The notes beneath the pieces are model-generated. The model was given only the letters and a program-made list of their open reading frames with translations. It made no database searches and was not told the DNA's origin. Position numbers and translations under genes: made by a program. Source: Candidatus Poribacteria bacterium (GTDB lineage: Bacteria; Poribacteria; WGA-4E; PCPOR2b). Taken from it: a DNA stretch of 64,000 nt. The DNA is taken from the NCBI GenBank assembly GCA_965208675.1, contig OZ242351.1, positions 2,688,001 through 2,752,000 of the forward strand, read 5' to 3'. Of the stretch, positions 41,915-51,605 are shown one piece after another. How positions within the stretch are numbered: position 1 is the first letter of the stretch; each line of letters starts with the position of its first letter.

Positions 41915-42304
41915 CCGCAAATTTTAAAATCATTTAGGCGAAAATGGGCAAGAGAAAGTACGTGTCGCGATTCGGAAATCGATCCTACGGGGGCGAACTC
42001 TTGACACCCGACGACACGATCGTCCGCCAAATCTAATGTACATGAACTCTTGTTTATCGACATTCCCAAAAAGTCCCGCATGTAGAGAGGTCTTTGTCTT
42101 TGATGTCGCCATTGTCTTCCGTCATTGCAAATAATGCTAAATTTTCATAGTTAACTCGGCAGTCACTTTGACACTAACTTCCCGAAGATCAGTGGTAGAC
42201 TGTGTTCACGCCCTTTTTGGACTTAATCAATCTCTCACGATACATCCGAAAACTATGAAAACTATGAAATTTTTGCAGCTTGATTGTTCGGTAATGCTGG
42301 AGGT

Positions 42305-42405
42305 AAAGACTTGAAAACTATCGCAGTCGCTATTCGCTCAGTCGATCCTATTTGGTCGGTTGATCCCAACCTATAACCTCCCCTAACACTTCCGTATTAA
42401 GGAGG
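42305..42405. repeat. Composite REP-MITE fragment
   Basis: gacttgaaaactatcgcagtcgctattcgctc...gatcccaacctata...acctcccctaac. Confidence 0.65.
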
Positions 42406-42700
42406 CGAATGCAGATTGAATGGAGCGAAATTGGGAGGTGCACGAAATAGTACATTCGTCCGCTCAAACTGCACTGTTTGGTGCAAGCGGCGATTAGCTG
42501 AAGGAAAAATCTCCGACTGCACTCGTGGCTTGATACATCAGGATTTTCCGTCTAACGATGAGGATGGAATATCTCTTGGCGCAGAATTTGCAATCATAAC
42601 CGTATACACAGCCTAAATCGGCGACGATAGTGTTGAAGAATGTTAGGTGATGGGTGTTACAAATTTCAATTAAGCCTACTTCTGTACGAGGAGGCGTATC

Positions 42701-43678
42701 ATGAAAATCCTTGTTGTTGTTTTGATTTTACTATTGGTTATGAGTTGCAGCGATTCTGAACCGCCGACACGGGTGATTGAACCGCCCGAACCCGCGGAGC
42801 CCGAAATGGTGGAATCTGAACGCGTGCCGCCGGAACGCGCACAGTATGAAATCCCGGAAGGTATTCCACAAGGGTTAGCCGAACATTTCATTGATTTACA
42901 AGAACACATGACGGAATTTGAATGGCATTTGTTCCTCGGCGAAATGAAAAAGACGTGTGACGGGCGGACTCCGCGCTCATATTTTCAAGCATATTTGAAA
43001 GATGATTTATCCGAAAATGCACTTAATGTTATTAGGCGATTAGATAAAGACGGCAAACTTCTGCCAAGCGAACTAAATACCAAACGGGGTCGAATTCGCG
43101 CAGCGGGTTTAGTAATGCCTGAGGTGCGGACGGTAGAGTTTGTCCTAACAAGAAGGTATGAAATTAAAGTTGTCTATCTAAAGCATGACTATACAATATT
43201 TATAGACTTGTTTGGCACGGTTGACAAATCGGGTGTGGGGGCGGGCAGATCTGGATCGTGGTATAGTGCGGCAAATGAGTTTAACGCTCTCGATGAGGAT
43301 GGAGTTCATCGCACAAGTGAACTTTTAAGTGAGGCTTGGGAAGACCAATGGTTCGAAGAGTACATTCCCCGATGGCTAGCAGGCGAGTTTGCTGATGTGG
43401 AACCACCAGAAAGGGAACGTGTACGGGGTATCGCCATTCCTACGGACGCTGAATTGGAACGAGTACGAGAGTTTTTTGAAAACAAGTTTATGCCGCCCGA
43501 TATTCCTAAAGATTTGGACTTATTGGTCATCTATTGGGATCAGGCAGGCAATCTAATAAGCCCAAAAGACGCGGCTGAATTGATTGTTGATTACGATGAT
43601 GCACCTCAAGCGACGGATGAACAGCTCGAAGCGTATAATCATATTCATAGTCCTGATGCTTATGATTGTGTTGAGTAA
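42701..43678 (+). CDS. Hypothetical acidic lipoprotein
   Basis: GGAGG Shine-Dalgarno, lipobox VMSC, Pro/Glu-rich linker. Confidence 0.7.
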   Translation: MKILVVVLILLLVMSCSDSEPPTRVIEPPEPAEPEMVESERVPPERAQYEIPEGIPQGLAEHFIDLQEHMTEFEWHLFLGEMKKTCDGRTPRSYFQAYLKDDLSENALNVIRRLDKDGKLLPSELNTKRGRIRAAGLVMPEVRTVEFVLTRRYEIKVVYLKHDYTIFIDLFGTVDKSGVGAGRSGSWYSAANEFNALDEDGVHRTSELLSEAWEDQWFEEYIPRWLAGEFADVEPPERERVRGIAIPTDAELERVREFFENKFMPPDIPKDLDLLVIYWDQAGNLISPKDAAELIVDYDDAPQATDEQLEAYNHIHSPDAYDCVE

Positions 43679-43788
43679 CATTCAAGGCGCCGGGCAGGTC
43701 GACAAAAACCCTTAGACGGTGAATTTACACTGAACGTATCGTCCGCCTTTCGGCGGCATTGGACCTTCTCTAGCTCCCCCCTTGTAAA

Positions 43789-44012
43789 GCTCACTATTAT
43801 CCACAAGTCCGCAAAGCCGGATTGTGTACAGGTTTTCTCCCCTCATTGTTGACGTAACCATGCTGTGAAGCCCCTGTGGGAAGGGCTTCCTAGCCCTGAT
43901 TATCGGGACAGGGATGTCCCTCCCACAGTTTACACCATACCGAAATGAACAATCGTTCTTGGCCCCAACATAGACGGTGTCTACCTCCAGAGAATTGTGG
44001 GTAATAGTAAGC
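43789..44012. mobile_element. 224-bp MITE with 18-bp TIRs and an 8-bp target-site duplication
   Basis: gctcactattatccacaa / ttgtgggtaatagtaagc (16/18 match), flanked by cttgtaaa / cttgtcaa. Confidence 0.7.
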
Positions 44013-44040
44013 CTTGTCAAGGGGGAGCACTACTTTGCCC

Positions 44041-44231
44041 TTGTGGGTTGGGTTGAACCAGCGGAGAAATGCAAATGATAACCTCCCCTAGCCCCTCCTT
44101 AGTAAGGAGGGGAATAAAGATTGTATTAGCCGCTATCGTATCGCTTATACGGTCAGTTGTAAGTTGGGTTTAACAAAAGAGTAGCGAGGACTATCGCCCT
44201 CACTAATCGTTCGCTTGATCCCAACCTACAA
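44041..44231. repeat. Composite REP element
   Basis: ttgtgggttgggttgaac...cccctccttagtaaggagggg...gactatcgccctc...gatcccaacctacaa. Confidence 0.7.
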
Positions 44232-44246
44232 GAAATTAGGGGTTTC

Positions 44247-46076
44247 TTAAGGGTCGGTATTGAAACTCTTCCCTGAAAAGTTGCCGTGTGAATCGATAAC
44301 TTGAAGCCGCACCTCGCCGCTCTTGTTCAGCGTTGATTTGGGGATTGCAAATTCTACGGTGCAATTCGTACCATTCAAGGATTGGCAAGCTATTAAACCA
44401 CCTGCATCGTCAATTTCCGGTGTAAGCAGTTGCGCTTGATGGAGCCCGTCCGGATCGTGAACGTCAAACCGGAGTCGAATCGCATCGGGAGGAACTTCAA
44501 AGGACGGACGCATCTCAAATGTTGCGGGCAGGTTGAAAAACGGACGCCTTGTGTTGAAATACCGGTGCGCATCCAACCATTCAGCAGCGCAACTAGAGGT
44601 CGACATCGGATCGCCGCTGTACAATACAATCCACGGCTTCAAATCGTTGCGGAAATCGTGTTGCAATCCAAAGGCGTGGCCAAGCTCATGTACCACTACA
44701 TCATGGTCAAAACAGTCGCCGGAGGCCGGAACAATCACAGTCCCGCCAAAAGCCCCATCGGGCCCGCCACGGCCGCATACTTTACTGCCACTGCCGCCAA
44801 TCCTTTGGCTGCCGATATCTATCGCCGCAACGTAGATATTTATCGAGCGGTCAAAGTGCTCGTCTACTTCGTCCAAGACTCTGTTCCAAGTATCAATATG
44901 ATAATGCCCATCATTGAACTTACCCTCCAGACGATGCACTACCGTCTTGCCGGCTTCATCGGTTTCCAACCGGAAGGTCTTATAGCCGAACCCGTAATAG
45001 TCCATCTGCCCGGCATAAGCCTTTTGGACATCCCTTATTAACTTATCAAAGTTGCCGTTTATACCGCGCTGAGGTGAGCGATCGCTGGGAAGGAAATAGA
45101 TTAGGCGAACTACATACCGCGGCCCTTGTCGCGCCAAAAGGGTTTTGATATTCCGGACGCGGACCGCGCCATCTCTCCCGCCACTGGCAAGTATTGAACC
45201 GTCGGGAGAGAAGGCTACCGCCCTAATCCAATCCGAGCCTTCAGCCAGCGTTGCAAGCTTTTCGCCGTTCTTAATGGACCAGTGGCTGACCTCCCATCCC
45301 GATGCAGCGAGCGCATCTTCATCCGGAGAAAAATCAACCGAATAGACGGCGCCATTGTTCGGAATTGTTCCGAGGCGTTCCCAGTTCGACACATCCCACA
45401 AATTGATGAGATCGTCGTTTCCGCCGCTCACCAGCGTTCGGCTATCCGGAGAAAATTTGAGAGATCCGACCGCCGCTGAATGGCCTTCTAGTTGAGCGAC
45501 AATTCGCCGCTCTTGGACATTCCAAATCCGCACGATTCCGTTATGGTCTCCAGAGGCGAGAAGTCGTCCGTCGGGGGAGAACGCTGCCGACCAAATCCAT
45601 GCGCCGTGCGGAAGGGTGGCAATCTCAGTTTGATATACGGCATCAATCAGAATTACATGCTGACCGGCGGCGGCGATTAGCTGCCCATCGGGCGCGAAGG
45701 TTACTTCAGTTACGGGAAAAGGCACTTGGAATGACACGGGTTCATGGGACGCGATCTCTTGCCAACCTGAAATTTCCCATGCCTTGACGGTGGAATCATC
45801 GCTGCCACTCACAAGGGTTTTGCCGTCCGGTGAAAATGCCACTGAATTGACCGTGCCTTCGTGGTTACCGAGAGTTTTCACGCTATTCTGCCGCAAATTC
45901 CACAGCTTAATAGTGTTATCCGCACCGGCACTGGCAATTATGGACGAATCCCGCGGGGAAAACGCTACCGAGTGGACGGTATCGCCGTGATTGAGAATCG
46001 TGGGTTCCTGCGCAAAACTGGACGGCAAAAAACAGAGGAGGGCTAACGACAGAAAAGATGCAAATGTGATTTTCAT
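44247..46076 (-). CDS. Secreted WD40-repeat protein fused to a zincin metallopeptidase domain
   Basis: About seven V.SVAFSPDG..L.SG..D..V..W repeats; HELGHAFGLQH. Confidence 0.88.
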   Translation of the reverse strand: MKITFASFLSLALLCFLPSSFAQEPTILNHGDTVHSVAFSPRDSSIIASAGADNTIKLWNLRQNSVKTLGNHEGTVNSVAFSPDGKTLVSGSDDSTVKAWEISGWQEIASHEPVSFQVPFPVTEVTFAPDGQLIAAAGQHVILIDAVYQTEIATLPHGAWIWSAAFSPDGRLLASGDHNGIVRIWNVQERRIVAQLEGHSAAVGSLKFSPDSRTLVSGGNDDLINLWDVSNWERLGTIPNNGAVYSVDFSPDEDALAASGWEVSHWSIKNGEKLATLAEGSDWIRAVAFSPDGSILASGGRDGAVRVRNIKTLLARQGPRYVVRLIYFLPSDRSPQRGINGNFDKLIRDVQKAYAGQMDYYGFGYKTFRLETDEAGKTVVHRLEGKFNDGHYHIDTWNRVLDEVDEHFDRSINIYVAAIDIGSQRIGGSGSKVCGRGGPDGAFGGTVIVPASGDCFDHDVVVHELGHAFGLQHDFRNDLKPWIVLYSGDPMSTSSCAAEWLDAHRYFNTRRPFFNLPATFEMRPSFEVPPDAIRLRFDVHDPDGLHQAQLLTPEIDDAGGLIACQSLNGTNCTVEFAIPKSTLNKSGEVRLQVIDSHGNFSGKSFNTDP

Positions 46077-46115
46077 CGGGAAGATTCTCTTATGAAGGCT
46101 TTGCCTAAAGCGGGT

Positions 46116-46335
46116 GTAGGTTTAGATTGAGCTGGCGGTTTCGGAGAAGACTATCGCAGTCGCTGTTCGCTCCTTTGATCCCTCGTTATTCACTCGGTTG
46201 ATCCCTCCTTGCCAAGGAGGGGAATGAAGATTGGATGGACCGAAATCGGAACGGTATGTATCTGCGGTTATCCCGAGTGTCTACTCCGCACGACTTTTAA
46301 CACTTGTGGGTAATAGTAAGCTTACTAAGGGGGAG
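46116..46335. repeat. Composite REP element plus a solitary MITE end
   Basis: tgtaggtt...gaagactatcgc...ccctccttgccaaggagggg; ttgtgggtaatagtaagc at 46304-46321 followed by aagggggag. Confidence 0.65.
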
Positions 46336-47023
46336 AATCTTTCAGCGCACCGTCCTTTTTGAGTTCGGCGATTACCATCTTCATGTCGTCCCAAACATCT
46401 CGTTTGGCGTTCGGGTTTCGGAGGAGGAATGCGGGGTGGTAGGTCGGCATGACTTTTACGCCGCGGTAATCGTGAAATTTCCCTTTCAGTGATGAAATTT
46501 TTTGATCGGTACGGAGTAGGGTCTGTGCGGCAAAGCTGCCAAGCGCACAGATAACTTTGGGTTGGATGAGTTCAATCTGTTTCAGGAGAAACGGTTCGCA
46601 GGTTTCGACCTCAACGGGTTTTGGGTTCCGATTTCCGGGCGGACGGCATTTGATGACGTTCGCAATGTAGACCTGCTCGCGCGCATATCCCACGGCTTCA
46701 ATAATCTTGGTCAAGAGTTGTCCGGCTCGACCGACAAAGGGTTCGCCCTGCCGGTCTTCATCGGCGCCGGGGGCTTCGCCGACAAACATGAGTTCGGCGT
46801 TTTCATCTCCTGTCCCAAAAACGACAGTGTTACGGTTTTGATGCAATTCGCAGCGCGTGCAGTCCGCCGCTTCCTCACGCAGCCGTTTCAGGTCAAAATC
46901 GCCGGTCTGTTTTTTGGGTTCATGGTGCTCCGTAAAGCCGAGCTGCATCTGTTCTTCCACGTACTCCCTCACGGTTGCAACGATATCCAGATATTCTTGA
47001 ACAATTTCTCTTGAATCTGACAT
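46325..47023 (-). CDS. udg: Uracil-DNA glycosylase, family 4 ([4Fe-4S])
   Basis: [35 protein letters not shown]. Confidence 0.93.
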   Translation of the reverse strand: MSDSREIVQEYLDIVATVREYVEEQMQLGFTEHHEPKKQTGDFDLKRLREEAADCTRCELHQNRNTVVFGTGDENAELMFVGEAPGADEDRQGEPFVGRAGQLLTKIIEAVGYAREQVYIANVIKCRPPGNRNPKPVEVETCEPFLLKQIELIQPKVICALGSFAAQTLLRTDQKISSLKGKFHDYRGVKVMPTYHPAFLLRNPNAKRDVWDDMKMVIAELKKDGALKDSPP

Positions 47024-47141
47024 TTTGGATAGTGAATAGGGTCGGGTTAAAAATTCGTGCTAATTTGCTTAGAAGAAACCGAGTTTTGGGGAAAAAACTC
47101 GGTTTCAAGTCTTGGGGCAAAACTCGGTTATGCCATATGCT

Positions 47142-48215
47142 TCAACCCATTTGCAAACGCCGTTTGAGCTCCTGGATCCGAACAACCGGAGTTGGGTCTT
47201 GGGCGTACGAGACGGCAAGATATAAGCTGGTCCAGTCGCCTACCGCGATTAGCGAAAGGAGGCGCGCCAACAGCGATTCGCCTTGCGAATGGACCTGCGC
47301 GATACCCGCGGTGTGCCTTTCAATAAGTTCGGCGGTGATTTCCATTCGCCGCTGCGTACGGTTGTGCGCGGCATCGTCACGCAGCATCACGACAAAGCAG
47401 CATCGCGTTAAATCGGATGGAAACTTCCAACCTTCGATTTCATTGTGGTTCATCTCAGGCAGAAGGTTGTGATACGCCAGCGATTTTGCGTTCTCATTAA
47501 TCTGCGCTGTCCATCGGATTGCAACGGCGCCGAGTGATTGCGGCGCATAAATGATTGGCAGTTTCCCGCACATCTGGCGGGCAAGCTGTTTTGGGCGGTT
47601 GTCTTCGACATCAGGATGAAAGCCGTTTACCAACCGCGACAGCAGATGGATTGCCTCTTGTGTATCGCCCCGGAAATCGAATCCCTGCGCAAATCCAAGT
47701 CGGTCAAGGATCGCTAGAACGGGTAAATAGAGATATCCGAGCGCGGATCTGGGTTGGCCGCGGGCAGGAATAGTGAGGCAGGGAATGCCGCGCTGTACGG
47801 CAAATTCCGCGAGTTTGCCGCCGCCAGTGATGGCAATTAACTCCGCTCCACGCTCATACGCCGTTTCCACGGACATCAGCGTTTCTTCGGTGTTACCGGA
47901 GAAGCTGACGGCGATAAAAAGTGTCCCCTGCCCAACGAACGCGGGCAGCGAATAGTCGCGATGGACAGCAACAGGAATTGGGCAGTTATCGGCAACCACC
48001 GCTTTCACCAAATCGCCCCCGATACCGGACCCGCCCATTCCGGCGATGACAATGTTACGAATCTCAAGTTCAGTATACCCGTCGAGTTGGAAACCCTCGA
48101 CAAGTTTTACCGCACCCGCGCACTGATCGGGAAAGCCTATCAGTTGGTCAAGCATGTTTTCTGGATCGTGGCGCCGAACCCGTATTGAATCGAGCATGGT
48201 AGGTAGTGTTGCCAA
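47142..48215 (-). CDS. Bifunctional phosphoglucose/phosphomannose isomerase
   Basis: GMGGSGIGG, SFSGNTEET, QINENAK, PEMNHNEI, DPTPV..I..LK. Confidence 0.9.
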   Translation of the reverse strand: MATLPTMLDSIRVRRHDPENMLDQLIGFPDQCAGAVKLVEGFQLDGYTELEIRNIVIAGMGGSGIGGDLVKAVVADNCPIPVAVHRDYSLPAFVGQGTLFIAVSFSGNTEETLMSVETAYERGAELIAITGGGKLAEFAVQRGIPCLTIPARGQPRSALGYLYLPVLAILDRLGFAQGFDFRGDTQEAIHLLSRLVNGFHPDVEDNRPKQLARQMCGKLPIIYAPQSLGAVAIRWTAQINENAKSLAYHNLLPEMNHNEIEGWKFPSDLTRCCFVVMLRDDAAHNRTQRRMEITAELIERHTAGIAQVHSQGESLLARLLSLIAVGDWTSLYLAVSYAQDPTPVVRIQELKRRLQMG

Positions 48216-48403
48216 TGCAAATTAAATATTACACAAATCGATCCATTCAAATTGGAGTGCGAGTGCCCAAATCAAGTGAAAACCTGAAATCTATAGTCTT
48301 AGGTATTCTTTCGCTTAATCCTTTGTCAGAGCAGTATAAGTAGGTCAGTCCAGATTACCCGGTCAATCGCTAAAGAACGCCGTAACTATGATAGAACCAA
48401 AAT

Positions 48404-50206
48404 TTATCCGCCGAGAAACTTGAGGAAGCGGTCAACGGGCTCAAGGCCCAGAATGTCATACCATGAGATATATAAGAACAGCCCAATGATAAAGACGACG
48501 CTAATTTTCAGCACAAGCATCTGCTTATGAACGCTCAACGGTTTACCACGAATTTTTTCAAGCGCAAAGAATAGGATTTGACCGCCGTCCGCGATTGGAA
48601 TCGGCAGCAGATTCACAATGCCCAAGTTGATGCTTATGAAGGCGACAATGTAAAGGAGGCCGCGCAGACCTGCACGCGCAGTTTCAGCAGTTGCCGTCAC
48701 AATACCGATCGGCCCTGCGAGCAGCTTTGGAGAGACATCGAAGCTAAGGAGGCCGCCCAAGAGTGAAAACACGTTTGAAACAATAGTCCAGCTCTCTCCG
48801 AACCCGCGGCCCCAGGCGGTAATGATGTTATATTTTTCAACGCGGCCCGGTTCGGCGAGTTGAAGGCCGCTGACCGACTCGCCGAACGTTAACCCCCAAC
48901 CCTCAAATAGATTGCTAGCGTAGTCCGGCGGGACTGCCACACCAAGCGCTACATCGCCGCGGCGAAATGCAAGCTGAATGGGCTGATTGGGATTTGCGCC
49001 GGCTAGTAGTTCTTGCAACTCCTCGCGGGAATTAATCGTGTACGCGGATTCACCGTTCACCGAAACAAATTCATCTCCGGGCTGCACACCCGACTTTTCG
49101 GCTTCGCTCCCCTCCTGAACGCCGGCAACAATAAACTGCCGGTAGATGCGCAAACTCATCTCTAGCGGCGCGCCGTCATGTTCGTAGATGTTTAACTTTT
49201 GCGCGTCCGCTCTAAGTACATATGTTATATCGCTATCAGAGAGCAGCCAACTCTCACCCGCCGATATTGTCGAGACTACCGGCGCATGAGACAGTCGGAC
49301 ACCGTTATCGCGAAGTGCACGTTTCAAAGCAGCCGGAATTTCGCCACTGTCCAGTTCGATTTGGGATTGAAGGTCGACCGCAAAAATAAATCCTCGTTTA
49401 ATACTGAGGGCGACTTCCTCACCATGGTGTTGTGTGGCAGCGGCATAAAAGTCAAGATGTGAATAGACAGGTTCTCCATTGATTGCACCGATTTGGTCGC
49501 CAACTTGGATTCCGGCGGCTGACGCCGCGCTGCCGTCCCAGACGCGATAGACCTCCGCGTCCATTTTTGGCGTAACGCCAATGCGCCCGATTTCGCGCGC
49601 CCGAATTTTCTCGGTTTCCGGCACAACGGTTAGCGTCTGTTTTTGACCATCGCGAATTATTTCAATTTCGAGTTCTTTGCCGGGTTTTGTGAGGATTTTT
49701 GTGTTCAAATCTTGCCACCCCTGCAATCGGTTTCCGCTGATAGAAACAATTCGGTCACCCGGACGGATTCCGGCAACCTCTGCGGGGCTGTCTTTGACAA
49801 CGTACCCAATCTGGGTAGTTTCGGTTGAACTCCGTACATAATTACCTGCGACCAGATATATCAGCGAAAAGACAATTATCCCGAACGCAAAGTTCATCGC
49901 AGGACCGGCAATGGCAACGAATATACGGTGTTCCACGGGGGCAGAGGAAAATTCGCCCGGCGCACCGGTACGTTCTTCAGGGTTCTCCCCCGGCATCTTC
50001 ACGAATCCGCCAAACGGCAACACTGAGATGCAGTATTCGGTTTCTCCTTTCGTGAAGCCGACGAGTTTGGGTCCAAATCCGATAGAGAACTTCTCAACTC
50101 GAATGCCGCATCGCTTTGCAGCGAGGAAATGCCCAAGTTCATGAATAAAGATAAGGAAGCCGAGCGCAAGCACGGCAATAATGAATTCGTCGATTGACTG
50201 AAACAT
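48404..50206 (-). CDS. rseP: RIP metalloprotease RseP with three PDZ domains and an insert
   Basis: HELGH, FSIGFGP, GGFVKMPGE, AGP.MN, NLLPIPIADGG. Confidence 0.92.
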   Translation of the reverse strand: MFQSIDEFIIAVLALGFLIFIHELGHFLAAKRCGIRVEKFSIGFGPKLVGFTKGETEYCISVLPFGGFVKMPGENPEERTGAPGEFSSAPVEHRIFVAIAGPAMNFAFGIIVFSLIYLVAGNYVRSSTETTQIGYVVKDSPAEVAGIRPGDRIVSISGNRLQGWQDLNTKILTKPGKELEIEIIRDGQKQTLTVVPETEKIRAREIGRIGVTPKMDAEVYRVWDGSAASAAGIQVGDQIGAINGEPVYSHLDFYAAATQHHGEEVALSIKRGFIFAVDLQSQIELDSGEIPAALKRALRDNGVRLSHAPVVSTISAGESWLLSDSDITYVLRADAQKLNIYEHDGAPLEMSLRIYRQFIVAGVQEGSEAEKSGVQPGDEFVSVNGESAYTINSREELQELLAGANPNQPIQLAFRRGDVALGVAVPPDYASNLFEGWGLTFGESVSGLQLAEPGRVEKYNIITAWGRGFGESWTIVSNVFSLLGGLLSFDVSPKLLAGPIGIVTATAETARAGLRGLLYIVAFISINLGIVNLLPIPIADGGQILFFALEKIRGKPLSVHKQMLVLKISVVFIIGLFLYISWYDILGLEPVDRFLKFLGG

Positions 50207-50249
50207 AAATTTCACCTTTTATTGAGTAATAAATTGTAAACGGAAGCGA

Positions 50250-51605
50250 CTACGTGTACCGCGCATTACGATATTTAGGTTGATAAAATTCCGGAAGCAG
50301 TTGGTCGACCTGCAGTAACCCCTTTCGCGTCAGCGAAATTTCATTGCTAGAATAGGTCAGCATACCCTCATCTCTCAGTTTTTTGTAAGTTGAACCAAAC
50401 AGTTCCGAAATGTCCGCCCCGAATTTTTCTCGAAAATAGCCGGTTTCGATTTTCCCTAATTTTAGCTGAAGTATCATTTCTCTTATCAACTGTTCTCTTG
50501 AGGTCGTGGGAAATGCGCGGTCGTGCGGCAACTTATTCTGGTTAAGCAACCGGATATAATCGTCCCACACGGACGCGTTTTGGAAATGCACACCGCCGAC
50601 GTGGGAAAACGACGCCACGCCGGCGCCAATCATGTCACAGCCGTGCCAAACCGCGTCCCGGTAGACGAAATTTATTGGGCTGCCTTTTTTTACCATGGTG
50701 TAAGCGCTGGAGGCCTCATACCCAGCAGCGGCGAACTGTTCAAACGCATGTTGATGCCATTCGCGCTTCGTCTTCCAATTCGCCACAGATAAGCCCGTCC
50801 CGCCGCCGAGAATGTCGTTTGAGTAAACGGTGTTAAACGGGAGTTCCATCTGATAAACGGTGATGCTGTCCAAATCCAAGTCGATGGTTTTCTTTACGGT
50901 ATCACGCCAACTCGCCCACGTTTCGCCGACCATGCCCGCAATGAGATCTACGTTGACTTGCTCGAATTCGAGGTCTTTTATCCACGGCACAACTGCATAG
51001 ACCTCTTTGGACAGATGGGCTCTACCGTTTTCGTTTAGAATAGCATCGTTTAAATTTTCAACTCCGAGGCTCAAGCGCGTGACACCGATCTCTTTGATGG
51101 CGGTTAGTTTCGACTGCGTCAAAGTGCCGGGTTCACACTCGAAAGCGATTTCTTCGGCGTCATCCCAAGGCATCGACGCTTTGAGGCGGTTGACAAGCGT
51201 CTTCAGATGCTTAACGCTGATGTAAGAAGGGGTGCCGCCGCCAAAATAAACGAACGTCAAGGGACGTCCAAGAATTCTTGGCAGTTTGCTGTAAAGCGAA
51301 ACCTCTCTTGTCAACGCTTCAAGATAGGTTTGAATCTCCGAGCTATTTTTGTCGGTGTAAACGCGGAAATAACAGAATTTACAGCGTTTGCGGCAGAACG
51401 GAATATGGAGGTAGAGTCCTAACGGCGTTTCAATCGGAGAATTTGTCGAGGAATTCAGGACATCCATTAACACCGGCATGTTGTCTTTGCGCCAAAATGA
51501 ATACGGCGGATAATTTGAAACGAAGACACTTCCGACTTGTGTTTCTTTTGAATCTTTCCGCGCTGTCGCCGGTTCGGGTTTTATCGTTTCCGTTTGTTTA
51601 CTCAT
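50250..51605 (-). CDS. HemN-like (class C) radical SAM protein
   Basis: SNYPPY, YLHIPFCRKRCKFCYF, YFGGGTPS, C-terminal HemN_C-like region. Confidence 0.88.
   Translation of the reverse strand: MSKQTETIKPEPATARKDSKETQVGSVFVSNYPPYSFWRKDNMPVLMDVLNSSTNSPIETPLGLYLHIPFCRKRCKFCYFRVYTDKNSSEIQTYLEALTREVSLYSKLPRILGRPLTFVYFGGGTPSYISVKHLKTLVNRLKASMPWDDAEEIAFECEPGTLTQSKLTAIKEIGVTRLSLGVENLNDAILNENGRAHLSKEVYAVVPWIKDLEFEQVNVDLIAGMVGETWASWRDTVKKTIDLDLDSITVYQMELPFNTVYSNDILGGGTGLSVANWKTKREWHQHAFEQFAAAGYEASSAYTMVKKGSPINFVYRDAVWHGCDMIGAGVASFSHVGGVHFQNASVWDDYIRLLNQNKLPHDRAFPTTSREQLIREMILQLKLGKIETGYFREKFGADISELFGSTYKKLRDEGMLTYSSNEISLTRKGLLQVDQLLPEFYQPKYRNARYT

Noticed and set aside
43712-44020. 102-aa minus-strand ORF as a transposase
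   Set aside because: It spans the MITE and palindromes and has no DDE or HUH motif
27656-46335. Integron with attC cassettes, or a prophage
   Set aside because: No integrase or phage structural genes; genes lie in mixed orientation; repeats are GTAG-REP type rather than attC
50250-51605. Calling the radical SAM gene hemN or hemW
   Set aside because: Its context is unrelated to heme synthesis and its N-terminus is atypical; only family-level assignment is supported
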